Source: Nostoc sp. (GTDB lineage: Bacteria > Cyanobacteriota > Cyanobacteriia > Cyanobacteriales > Nostocaceae). Taken from it: 64,000 nt of DNA. The translations under genes and the position numbers were made by a program. The DNA lies in NCBI GenBank assembly GCA_036918135.1, contig JBALDB010000007.1:160001-224000 (forward strand). Direction: 5' to 3'. The notes under the pieces were generated by a model that saw only the letters and a list, made by a program, of their open reading frames with translations, was not told where the DNA came from and ran no database searches. The number at the start of each line of letters is the position of its first letter. The first letter of the stretch is position 1. Shown one piece after another: positions 10,730-20,327 of the stretch.

Positions 10730-11137
10730 AGTACTGTGTAATATGAAATTTTAGTTCGCGATCGCAAGGAGTACTTGTAGTCACAGTTTTAACCTCACGG
10801 GTTTGATATGTCGTCTTATTTAAACGAGGTTACATTGTTTTAAGAGCTTCATACCGTTGGATTACTCTAATTGCATATCTTAGTAGAGTATTGCCGCCAG
10901 AAAATCAGCTTATATCTTGATTAATCATTCATAACAGCCATAAATGAGACTTCGTGTCATACAAAGCCCAGTCACTCAAATCTTTGGCTAAGCGTGAATA
11001 ATTTAAGTTTTCTCTTGCATAAATAGTTTATAGAAATACCCACTAAATAAACAGGAGGGCATTGTTGAATTTCAACTATACTTACAACTATTCATAGACT
11101 ATTGGGAAATGGGTGGATATTAGCAAAGGAGAATGGC

Positions 11138-13276
11138 ATGACCAATCATATATATGATTCAACTGACACGCCACCTAATTTTACAACTGTAGTTGATTTA
11201 CTACGCTATAGAGCCATCTATCAGCCTCAGCAAACCGCTTATACGTTTTTAGTAGACGGAGAGACACAAGAAGTTAGTATCACTTATCAAGAGTTAGATC
11301 TGCAATCACAAAATATTGCAGCATATCTACAGTTTCTAGGTGCTAGAGGCGAACGGGCATTACTTCTTTTCCACCCTGGTCTAGAATATATTGTTGCCTT
11401 TTTTGCCTGTTTATATGCTGGCGTTGTAGCTGTTCCGGCTTATCCACCCAGGCGTAATCAAAAGATGTCGCGACTAAAGGCGATTATTGCAGATGCCCAG
11501 CCGAAGGTGCTACTCACCACTGAAGCTTTACTGACTAATATCAATCAGTTTACTTCTGAGCCAGAATTAGCCAGATTGCGCTGTTTGGCAATCGACAAAA
11601 TTGAAGAACATCAGGCATCATGGCAGAAAACAGCTTTGGAAAGCAGTACCCTAGCTTTTCTGCAATACACTTCTGGTTCTACGGGAACACCGAAAGGAGT
11701 AATGGTAAGTCATGGCAATTTACTGCACAATTCGGCTTTAATTTATAAGTGTTTTGAGCATACCCTCAACAGCAAGGGAGTTATATGGCTGCCTCCTTAC
11801 CATGATATGGGGTTGATTGGTGGAGTGTTACAGCCCCTCTATGGAGGATTCCCGGTCATACTTATGTCGCCGGAAAATTTCCTACAAAAGCCTTTGCGCT
11901 GGCTGACGGCAATTTCTCACTATAAAGCTACTACCAGCGGCGGCCCTAATTTTGCTTACGAACTATGCGCCAACAAGATTACGGACGAACAGAAGGCAAC
12001 TCTCGACCTCAGTAGCTGGCAAGTGGCTTTCAACGGAGCCGAACAAATCCGTGCCGAAACTCAGGAGCGTTTTGCAGCAGCTTTTGCAGGCTATGGCTTT
12101 CGCTCCAGTGCCTTTTACCCCTGCTACGGGATGGCAGAAACGACTTTGATTGTTTCTGGTGGTCTCAAGGAAGCGGAGCCAGTGTTGGAAATTATCAATA
12201 GAGATGCTCTCGAACAAAAACGGGTTGTTCCAGCCAGTCAAGAAAATTATCAAGCCCAAAAGCTAGTTAGCTGCGGTCACTTACTGGAGCAACAAATTAT
12301 TATTGCCCATCCTGAGACTTTGACCTGTTGTTTGCCTAATGAAGTGGGTGAGATTTGGGTATCGGGTTCCAGCGTTGCTCAGGGGTACTGGAATCTTCCT
12401 GAAGAAACGCAACGTACTTTTCAAGCCTACTTAGCAGACACCAAAGCTGGGCCATTTTTGCGTACGGGAGACTTGGGATTCTTAAAGGATGGTGAGTTGT
12501 TCGTCACCGGTCGGCTCAAAGACTTAATTATTATCCGAGGTCGTAACCACTATCCCCAAGACATTGAACTGACAGTAGAACGGAGCCATCCGGCATTACG
12601 ACAGGGTTATGGGGCGGCGTTTTCAGTCGATGTGGATGGAGAAGAGCGACTGGTGATTGCTTTTGAGGTAGAGCGTAGTTATCTCCGAAATCTGGATGTC
12701 AATGAAGTGGTCATGGCGATCCGCGAAGCAGTGAGGCAACAGCACGAAATTTTAGTTTATGCAATATTGCTACTCAAGACAGGGAGCATCCCAAAAACTT
12801 CTAGTGGCAAGATTCAGCGCCATGCTTGCCGGAGTGGTTTTCAAGCTGTCAGCCTAGATGTAGTGGCGGATTGGACTGAGAATCCTCAAAGCAAAGTAGA
12901 GCAGCATCTACAGCCGGAAGTAAAATACTTGTCAGAGCAGGTGCAAGCTCCGGAACAAAAAACTCAATTAAATGGAAACAATTTTGGAGAGCGATCGCAT
13001 TTACCATTGGCTCCAACTGAACAAACCATTCAGCATTGGTTGGTTACTCAAATAGCTAACCAGCTAAACGTTCACTCTGATGAGATAGATATTCAAGAAC
13101 CCTTTGTTCGCTATGGTTTGGATTCAGCGGTGGTACTCGGACTGTGCGATGATTTGGCACAATGGCTTGGATATAATTTAGAACCCACTATCTTCTGGGA
13201 CTACCCTAATATAGAAACTCTTGCCCGGTACTTAGTTAAAAACAGCAGTCTTTCACTAAATAACCCAAGTTGCTAG
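11138..13276 (+). CDS. Fatty acyl-AMP ligase fused to acyl carrier protein (FAAL-ACP)
   Basis: LAFLQYTSGSTGTPKG, WLPPYHDMGLIG, CYGMAETTL, LRTGDLGF, RGRNHYPQDIE, IPKTSSGKIQR; C-terminal ACP GLDSA...PTIFWDYPNIETLA. ATG 11138 follows AAGGAG. Confidence 0.93.
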   Translation: MTNHIYDSTDTPPNFTTVVDLLRYRAIYQPQQTAYTFLVDGETQEVSITYQELDLQSQNIAAYLQFLGARGERALLLFHPGLEYIVAFFACLYAGVVAVPAYPPRRNQKMSRLKAIIADAQPKVLLTTEALLTNINQFTSEPELARLRCLAIDKIEEHQASWQKTALESSTLAFLQYTSGSTGTPKGVMVSHGNLLHNSALIYKCFEHTLNSKGVIWLPPYHDMGLIGGVLQPLYGGFPVILMSPENFLQKPLRWLTAISHYKATTSGGPNFAYELCANKITDEQKATLDLSSWQVAFNGAEQIRAETQERFAAAFAGYGFRSSAFYPCYGMAETTLIVSGGLKEAEPVLEIINRDALEQKRVVPASQENYQAQKLVSCGHLLEQQIIIAHPETLTCCLPNEVGEIWVSGSSVAQGYWNLPEETQRTFQAYLADTKAGPFLRTGDLGFLKDGELFVTGRLKDLIIIRGRNHYPQDIELTVERSHPALRQGYGAAFSVDVDGEERLVIAFEVERSYLRNLDVNEVVMAIREAVRQQHEILVYAILLLKTGSIPKTSSGKIQRHACRSGFQAVSLDVVADWTENPQSKVEQHLQPEVKYLSEQVQAPEQKTQLNGNNFGERSHLPLAPTEQTIQHWLVTQIANQLNVHSDEIDIQEPFVRYGLDSAVVLGLCDDLAQWLGYNLEPTIFWDYPNIETLARYLVKNSSLSLNNPSC

Positions 13277-13700
13277 TTATGCATTTAGGCGATCGCTAAG
13301 ACTGATAAAGCAATGACTAGAAGGCAGTTCTTGCTGGAGGCAGAAGGTAAAACCCTCAACAACAAAAGGTTTCGCTAATTTTGATTTTACATTTTATTAT
13401 GTCCGCTTACTTAAAATTCTCTTTGTAGAAAAATTTATGAGGAGAATATAGTCACTTATAAGGAGTTTTTAAAGCATAGAAACATTTATTTTTGCTCCCA
13501 CCATAAAACAAGCTTTTTTAGAATGAATATTTTATAAAATTTAAAATTATTTAAGTCAAACTCTATCAAGCCGTAAGACTAATTCGCCAAAATAAAGCAA
13601 CAGATTCAAAAGAAAGAAACCCTTACTAAATAACACTTTCTTAATTTGAATTTAGAAGTGAAAAGCGAAGGTTGATAACTGCAACTTGGGTTAAGTACTG

Positions 13701-15008
13701 ATGTCAGTAGGTAACATGGAGGGAGTTGATATGAAGCCAATTGACAATGAGTCCAAAGATATGTTCAGCAGTGGGGAACGTAAAACTAGTTTCGCCAGAA
13801 CAGCCACATTTAATCCCTTCCTTCCTGAGTTTCGTGTCGATCCCTATCCCTTCTACCACCGCCTCCGCTCCGAAGACCCTATTCATATGAGCTTTATGGG
13901 TGTGTGGGTTATTACTCGCTATAGTGATGCCATAGCGGTTCTGCGTGATTCTCGTTTTAGCGCTGATATGCGACGTTGGGGAAAGTATCAAGACATCAGG
14001 TTTCGCGAAAAGCAAGGACAAATCAGCCAACTTGGACAAACTAACAGTAAGTGGATTCTCTTTTTAGATCCGCCCGACCATACCCGACTGCAAAGGCTAG
14101 TAATTAAGGCTTTCACGCCCCAGGTGGTTGAGGGCTTGCGTCCTTACATCCAACAGGTGGTCAACGAAAAGCTCAATCGAGTTCAAAGTTTTGGGGTAAT
14201 GGACATCGTTGCCGATCTCGCCCAACCATTGCCTGTCACGGTAATTGCTAAAATGCTGGGCATACCAACTGAAGATCGCGATCGGCTTAGGCAATGGTCA
14301 AACGATCTAGCCTCTTGCTTAGATCCGATGATGTCAGTAGATATTTTTGAACATCTCAATCAGGTTGTTTTAGAGTTTACTAATTACCTCCGCAGCCTAG
14401 TTGCCCAACGGCGTCAGTATAGGCAGGATGACCTGATCGGCGCTCTAATTGCAGTTAGGGAAGAGAGTGACAAACTAAGCGAAGATGAGCTTTTAGCTAC
14501 ATGCATACTATTATTTGCTGCTGGTCAAGAAACTACAGTAAAACTGATTAGTAATGGTATGCTTGCGTTACTGCGTCACCCCGATCAAATGGAAAAGCTC
14601 AAACAAGAGCCGACGCTGATCCAAGATGCTGTTGAAGAACTGTTACGCTACGATAGCCCGGTGCAGATTACTGTCCGAACAGCGATTGAAAACGTCGAAA
14701 TTGAGAATAAGATAATTCAAAAGGGTCAGCAAGTTCTTGTCTGCACGGGAGCAGCAAATCGAGATCCAGTTCAGTTTCCTGACCCCGATAAACTCGATAT
14801 CACTCGACCAAAGAGCCGTCATCTTAGCTTTAGCTACGGTATCCACGCCTGTTTGGGAGCTACGCTTGCACGCGTCCAGGCACAGATTGCTATCAATACG
14901 CTCATTCAAAGAATGCCTGACTTGAAACTCCAGACAAACACACTCGAGTGGCAAGAAAAAATCATTCTACGCGGACTAAAGGCTCTCCCTGTATCCTTCA
15001 AGATGTGA
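13701..15008 (+). CDS. Cytochrome P450 (BioI/CYP107-like)
   Basis: LDPPDHTRL, AAGQETT, EELLRYDSP, ANRDP, haem motif FSYGIHACLG. Confidence 0.95.
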   Translation: MSVGNMEGVDMKPIDNESKDMFSSGERKTSFARTATFNPFLPEFRVDPYPFYHRLRSEDPIHMSFMGVWVITRYSDAIAVLRDSRFSADMRRWGKYQDIRFREKQGQISQLGQTNSKWILFLDPPDHTRLQRLVIKAFTPQVVEGLRPYIQQVVNEKLNRVQSFGVMDIVADLAQPLPVTVIAKMLGIPTEDRDRLRQWSNDLASCLDPMMSVDIFEHLNQVVLEFTNYLRSLVAQRRQYRQDDLIGALIAVREESDKLSEDELLATCILLFAAGQETTVKLISNGMLALLRHPDQMEKLKQEPTLIQDAVEELLRYDSPVQITVRTAIENVEIENKIIQKGQQVLVCTGAANRDPVQFPDPDKLDITRPKSRHLSFSYGIHACLGATLARVQAQIAINTLIQRMPDLKLQTNTLEWQEKIILRGLKALPVSFKM

Positions 15009-15143
15009 ACTAAGAACGCTAGTCACTGAATTAAGAACCAAACTTCAGGATGTATAGCAGAAGGCAGGAGGCTTTAGCGCGGAGGCAGGAGGTAAAACTA
15101 TTGCTAACTCCAGTATTCACCCTTTCAAAATGTCCTAAAGAGT

Positions 15144-16874
15144 GTGACTACGGCTATAGAACAGAGCGATGAAGCAATGGAACATTTTAACGTGAGTTCG
15201 ATAGGTAATATGAACCAACCGATGTATCTCAAACCTAACGTCATCGTCGAGCCACTAGTCAATCAGTGGTATGCTTGGTCACATTTGATTTCTCCGGCGA
15301 CGGCGGCGATGTACATCGCTAATTCCCATCTGCCGATTATGCAATCCTTCATTACTGCACCCCAAGTACATCGGGATGCCTTGAAAAATCGAGGGATGAT
15401 TGGCGGCCCCTTTATCAACTATGATGTTAGTCGGGTGGGGGAAATCCAGCTATTACTGGAAAAAACCCAAAAGCAACAAGCACAAATGCTAACTCTAGCC
15501 CAGGCAATCCCAGACTTGGATAAGCTGATAGCAGAAAATACTACTGGTGCTTCCTTAGAACCTTTATACGAACGAATTCCTCCACCATTGCGGGGATATG
15601 TAGAACTGGTACAGGACAGTAACAATCACCCCTCGATTCGCTTCATTGAAGGGTTATTATACCGTAGTTATTACTATAATCCTGCTAATCAATCGGTTAA
15701 TTTATACTTAGGTAAGGGAGATACTCGTGCTTTTGTCCTCAGTACACCCCGCTTGCCTGCTGAAGATAGTTTACACCTGCAAATTCCCTTTAGCGATCGC
15801 CGCCTAGACCAACTATTCAGTCTGCGTTACAACCCGCTTCCCTATAAGGAAATCCGAGACATTCTAGAGATTAACCACCAACAAGATCCCCTATTTTCTG
15901 AATTTTTCACTACTACACCTCCTACCCAAGAACCTCACTACGATGGCGAGGCGGTGAGAATTCGCTACTTTGGTCATGCCTGTGTTTTAATTGAAACCCA
16001 ATCTGTAAATATTTTATGCGACCCTCTAATTAGCTATCGCCAAGCATCAGGCATTGAGCGCTACACTTACAACGACCTTCCCCAGGTGATAGACTACGTT
16101 TTGCTCACCCATAATCATCAAGACCATGTAATGTTGGAAACCCTCTTGCAGTTACGCCATAAAATTAAAACTGTGGTTGTACCGAAAAGCAATAAGGGAA
16201 TCCTCATCGACCCTTCTTTGAAGTTGATGCTGCAACAAATTGGGTTTGAGAATGTCCAAGAGATTGATGAACTGGAAATTATCAACATCGCCGATGGTTA
16301 TATTGCCGGGTTGCCGTTTTTAGGAGAACATGGAGACTTAAATATTGGTGCAAAAGCCGCTTACCTTGTCAACCTCAAGGGACGCTCAATTTTATGTGCT
16401 GCGGATTCTAACAATATCGATCCTCAACTATATATACATCTGCATCAAATTTTTGGTGATATTGATGTGCTGTTCATTGGTATGGAATGCGATGGTGCTA
16501 GTTATAACTGGGCATACGGGGCATTATTAACTCAACAAGTTCCTCGAAAAATTGCCCAAACTAGGCGATTAGATGGTTCAAATGCTCAACGTGCGATCGC
16601 GCTAGTTAAACAATTCCATCCCCAACAAGTGTATGTTTATGCTATGGGTCAGGAACCCTGGCTGACGTTTATTACTTCCATTGTCTACACCCCAGAGTCA
16701 AAGCCGATTGTTGAGTCTAACCAATTGGTGGGGTATTGTCACACTCAAGAAATTATTAGTAAACGCCTCTTCGGTTGTGAAGAGATTTTTTTAGCACCTG
16801 AAATTACTGGTGAATCTAAGTCTTTAATCCCTGGTTCCCAATCCAGGAATTTCTCACTCAATTACAGCGTTTAG
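15144..16874 (+). CDS. CmlA-type non-haem diiron beta-hydroxylase (metallo-beta-lactamase fold); true start probably 15177 or 15210
   Basis: VEPLVNQWYAW, GGPFI, YFGHACV, THNHQDH, PFLGEHGDL, AADS, FIGMEC, RRLDGSN, VYVYAMGQEPW recapitulate in order the motifs of Streptomyces CmlA. Confidence 0.88.
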   Translation: MTTAIEQSDEAMEHFNVSSIGNMNQPMYLKPNVIVEPLVNQWYAWSHLISPATAAMYIANSHLPIMQSFITAPQVHRDALKNRGMIGGPFINYDVSRVGEIQLLLEKTQKQQAQMLTLAQAIPDLDKLIAENTTGASLEPLYERIPPPLRGYVELVQDSNNHPSIRFIEGLLYRSYYYNPANQSVNLYLGKGDTRAFVLSTPRLPAEDSLHLQIPFSDRRLDQLFSLRYNPLPYKEIRDILEINHQQDPLFSEFFTTTPPTQEPHYDGEAVRIRYFGHACVLIETQSVNILCDPLISYRQASGIERYTYNDLPQVIDYVLLTHNHQDHVMLETLLQLRHKIKTVVVPKSNKGILIDPSLKLMLQQIGFENVQEIDELEIINIADGYIAGLPFLGEHGDLNIGAKAAYLVNLKGRSILCAADSNNIDPQLYIHLHQIFGDIDVLFIGMECDGASYNWAYGALLTQQVPRKIAQTRRLDGSNAQRAIALVKQFHPQQVYVYAMGQEPWLTFITSIVYTPESKPIVESNQLVGYCHTQEIISKRLFGCEEIFLAPEITGESKSLIPGSQSRNFSLNYSV

Positions 16875-17366
16875 ATATTCGCATTTAGCTTGATGATGCC
16901 AACGACTAGGGCAAACGCACCTAATGTCTGAAACCATTGCTGAACAACGCGTCCAAGCTCCCTTTACCACTACGTACTGATTAATATCTTGGGCTTATAC
17001 TATTTCACGAAATATGTGATACAAATAATTGATCTTTAATTCTTTCCCCCTGCTCCCCTGCTGCCTATTTGCATCAATTTTAAAGTGAAAGTGAAACGGT
17101 ATTACTTATAGTGGTCGTCATTACTGCTGTAAATGTGAGCGAACTAGCACCAGCAAAACAAGTTTTGTTTAAACTCGATCGAGTACGCGCGAGCATGGGT
17201 AGATTGATATAGAAATATCGATCCGAGCAATGCTGGCAACAGGCGCGACATCTTAAGAAATTGCACAAGTTATTGCTAAGATAGGCTGATATTATTTTGT
17301 TGTAAAGTATTCAAGCAACCTTAGTTGTAGTATAGCTTTGCTTTTATATTGTTAATGGTATAAGAG

Positions 17367-18545
17367 ATGACGCGTCAATTTGAATACAGCACTCTTGCCC
17401 ATCCTCAGGATATTGAGCAGCTTGGGCCTCTCCTTGACCAGTGTTTTGTCAACGCACTTGGTAAGGAGGGAGCTTACATGAAGCGGGTTGGGGTAGAGAA
17501 TTTTCGGATTATTCGTGAGTCAGAGAATTTAGTTGGTGGATTGGCAACTCTCGATATGGCTCAGTGGTGGGGTGGTGAGCGTGTACCAATGACGGGAATT
17601 GCCGTAGTGGGTATTGCTCCAGAATACCGTGGTTCGGGAGCAGCGATCGCTCTCATGCAGCACACCCTTAAGGAACTTTATGCTAGGGGTATACCGCTCT
17701 CTGCTCTTTACCCAGCTGTGCAAAGCCTTTATCGAAAAGTCGGGTATGAGCAAGGGGGTAGCTGGTACATTTGGGAAGTTGCAACTAATACTATTGGGCT
17801 ACGGGAGCAATCCCTACCTTTGCAACCAGTAGTTCCGATAAATCATCAAGTCTTTCACGAACTATATCAGCAGCAGGCGAGACTGATGCATGGATATGTA
17901 GACCGACATCCCGCAATCTGGCAGCAATTAATCCAACCAGATGAAAAGGAAACAGTCTATGCCTATTTCATTGGTACAAAAGACCAACCCCAAGGTTACA
18001 TCATCTTCACTCAACAACGAACACCAGAAGGTGAAATCCTCTTTGTTAGAGATTGGGTACTGAGAACAGTTGCCGCTACACAAACTTTCTGGTCTTTTCT
18101 AGCCAGCAATCGCTCTCAAATTCAGCGGGTGCGTTGGAAGAGTTCTGCAATTGATACTCTAACATTGGTGTTACCAGAGCAAACTGCTAAAATATCGACT
18201 CAGTTTCGCTGGATGCTGCGGGTAGTAGATGTAGTTAAGGCATTGTCCATGCGGGGTTATCCATCGGCAATTCAAGCCGAGCTGCACCTAGATATTCAAG
18301 ATAATTTGCTAGATGCAAACAATGGTAAATTTATCCTTTCTGTTGCCAATGGACGCGGTGAAGTTACAAAAGGCGGAAAAGGTGAGTTGCAGCTAGATGT
18401 GCGAGAACTAGCACCACTATATACAAGTTTGTTCGCTCCCCACCACCTGCAAATGGCGGGAAAACTGCATGGGACAGAAGCAGCTATTTCAGCAGCTACA
18501 GAAATATTTGCAGCTAGCTCTCCTTCGGTGGCTGATTTCTTTTAA
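17367..18545 (+). CDS. Eis-like GNAT acetyltransferase with C-terminal SCP2-like domain
   Basis: VGIAPEYRGSGAA, SALYPA...LYRKVGYE, WMLRVVDV, LAPLYTS. Confidence 0.88.
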   Translation: MTRQFEYSTLAHPQDIEQLGPLLDQCFVNALGKEGAYMKRVGVENFRIIRESENLVGGLATLDMAQWWGGERVPMTGIAVVGIAPEYRGSGAAIALMQHTLKELYARGIPLSALYPAVQSLYRKVGYEQGGSWYIWEVATNTIGLREQSLPLQPVVPINHQVFHELYQQQARLMHGYVDRHPAIWQQLIQPDEKETVYAYFIGTKDQPQGYIIFTQQRTPEGEILFVRDWVLRTVAATQTFWSFLASNRSQIQRVRWKSSAIDTLTLVLPEQTAKISTQFRWMLRVVDVVKALSMRGYPSAIQAELHLDIQDNLLDANNGKFILSVANGRGEVTKGGKGELQLDVRELAPLYTSLFAPHHLQMAGKLHGTEAAISAATEIFAASSPSVADFF

Positions 18546-18933
18546 AGAGAGTTACAAATCAAAAATACTTCAACTTTTCTTATGGGGCGGGCAAAATGTC
18601 CGCTCTTGTTTACGGCTGAAACGCCCACTTCACAAGTAGTAGTAATAATTTATTTTTAGTAATCCTTAAGTTGGAAACATAATTAATCTTTAGGTCGTCG
18701 TTCCGCTAGATTAACAATTTCTGTTGTTATCAATCCACATCACAAACAAGACTGTCAGCGATTTACTTTTAATAAGTAATGATGATTTATCGTGCTTATC
18801 TAATCCTAAATATCATTTTAAAAAATAACTCAACGGGATTTATGACTTTTTCTCCGGAAGTTCAGCACAGTCATCAGAAAACAATCTAAGTAAACCTGAT
18901 TAGTTCCTCCTTACTTGCACACACAATCACAAC

Positions 18934-20256
18934 ATGAAATCACATCTACTAGCGATTGGTTTAAGTAGTTTAGTTATAGTTGCAGGACAAGCTAAAGCCT
19001 CACAATTACAGTCTTGGTATTTTGATTCTAGCCAAAACCAATTAGACTTGACTACCACTTCAGGAATACAACCAAAAGCTTTTTTATTAGATAATCCTAG
19101 CCGATTAGTAATTGACTTACCTGAAACTAATTTTAATTCTGATAGTGTCAAACAAAGTTTTGGTAATGCGGTAAGAGAAATTCGCATCGGCAAACCAGAC
19201 TCTCAAACAACTCGTTTTGTCGTAGAATTAGCTCCTGGTTATAATGTTAATTCACAAAATATATCAATTAAAGGAGATTCTCCTTCTCATTGGATTGTTA
19301 AATTCAATTCATTTAACCGTCAAAATAATCCTATTGTTGGGGAGAATAGAGAAGATATTGCCATAAAATCTACAGATGCATCTACATTTGCTGGAGTTGT
19401 AAATCTTGGTCAAGAGATGGTTGGCATTAGTTCTCAAATTCGTACCTTGTTAGCGAGTTATAAATCATTAAACCCCGGAATATTTTTCTTAGATTTAGAT
19501 ACAGGAAACTATATAGATATTAATGGTGAAAAAAGATTTGCTGCTGCAAGTACAATTAAATTCCCCTTGTTAGTGGCTCTTTTCCAAGAAATAGACGCTG
19601 GGAGAATAAAACTCACAGATAAACTAGTGATGCGGCGCGATTTAAGGGTTGGTGAAGCTGGAACCATGCAATACAAACCTATTGGAACTAAATTTAGCGT
19701 CTTGGAAACTGCTACCTTGATGATGACAATCAGCGATAATACTGCAACAAATATGGTTCTCGATCGCTTGGGTGGTGCAGCAAAAGTTAGCCAACGTTTT
19801 CGTAGCTGGGGACTGCAAAATACAGCAGTTCGGAATTTACTTCCAGACATTCCTGGCACAAATACAACTAGTTCTAAAGATTTAGTGAGATTGGCGGCGT
19901 TAGTTTCTAACAATCGTTTGCTGTCCCTAAACAGCCGCGATCGAGTTTTAGACATTATGCGCCATGTCAAAACCAATAGTTTGCTACCCGCTGGTATTGG
20001 TCAAGGAGCTACCATCGCCCACAAAACTGGTACATTGAGATTTATCATTGGTGATGCGGGTATTATTAAAATGCCCAACGGCAAAAGCTATTTAGCAGGT
20101 GTTTTGGTACAAAGACCAAACTACGATCCCAAAGCTGGAGATTTTGTGCGTGAAGTTTCGCGTAGAGTCTATAATTACCTAGACCAAACCAAAGTTAGTA
20201 ACATAGAACCTCAAAAAGGCGATGCCTCCGGCTGGCTACGCCTACGCACTCGTTAG
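18934..20256 (+). CDS. AMIN-domain serine hydrolase (class A beta-lactamase-like)
   Basis: Signal peptide, AMIN (NPSRLVIDLP), SxxK (ASTIK), SDN, HKTG. Confidence 0.9.
   Translation: MKSHLLAIGLSSLVIVAGQAKASQLQSWYFDSSQNQLDLTTTSGIQPKAFLLDNPSRLVIDLPETNFNSDSVKQSFGNAVREIRIGKPDSQTTRFVVELAPGYNVNSQNISIKGDSPSHWIVKFNSFNRQNNPIVGENREDIAIKSTDASTFAGVVNLGQEMVGISSQIRTLLASYKSLNPGIFFLDLDTGNYIDINGEKRFAAASTIKFPLLVALFQEIDAGRIKLTDKLVMRRDLRVGEAGTMQYKPIGTKFSVLETATLMMTISDNTATNMVLDRLGGAAKVSQRFRSWGLQNTAVRNLLPDIPGTNTTSSKDLVRLAALVSNNRLLSLNSRDRVLDIMRHVKTNSLLPAGIGQGATIAHKTGTLRFIIGDAGIIKMPNGKSYLAGVLVQRPNYDPKAGDFVREVSRRVYNYLDQTKVSNIEPQKGDASGWLRLRTR
20219..20247 (+). repeat. 21-nt small dispersed repeat inserted in a HIP1 site
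   Basis: GCGAT[GCCTCCGGCTGGCTACGCCTA]CGC, in frame near the 3' end of the serine hydrolase gene. Confidence 0.8.
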
Positions 20257-20263
20257 TAATAAA

Positions 20264-20290
20264 GTAGGGGCGTACACCGTGTACGCCCCT
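20264..20290. terminator. GTAG-type REP hairpin / probable bidirectional terminator
   Basis: AGGGGCGTACAC-C-GTGTACGCCCCT perfect palindrome overlapping GTAG, between convergent genes. Confidence 0.65.
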
Positions 20291-20327
20291 AGTTATGTAT
20301 CTATATCAGGTGTTTGGTGAAATGGTA

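Noticed and set aside
13318..15100. Shared GGAGGCAGRAGGTAAAAC motif before the P450 (~13336) and CmlA-like (~15080) genes as an operator
   Set aside because: Built from GGCAGRA heptamers that are common Nostoc repeats; cannot be separated from repeat debris.
17080..17268. Cys-containing 62-aa ORF as a RiPP precursor for the P450/diiron enzymes
   Set aside because: Opposite strand, non-ATG start, no RBS or recognisable leader.
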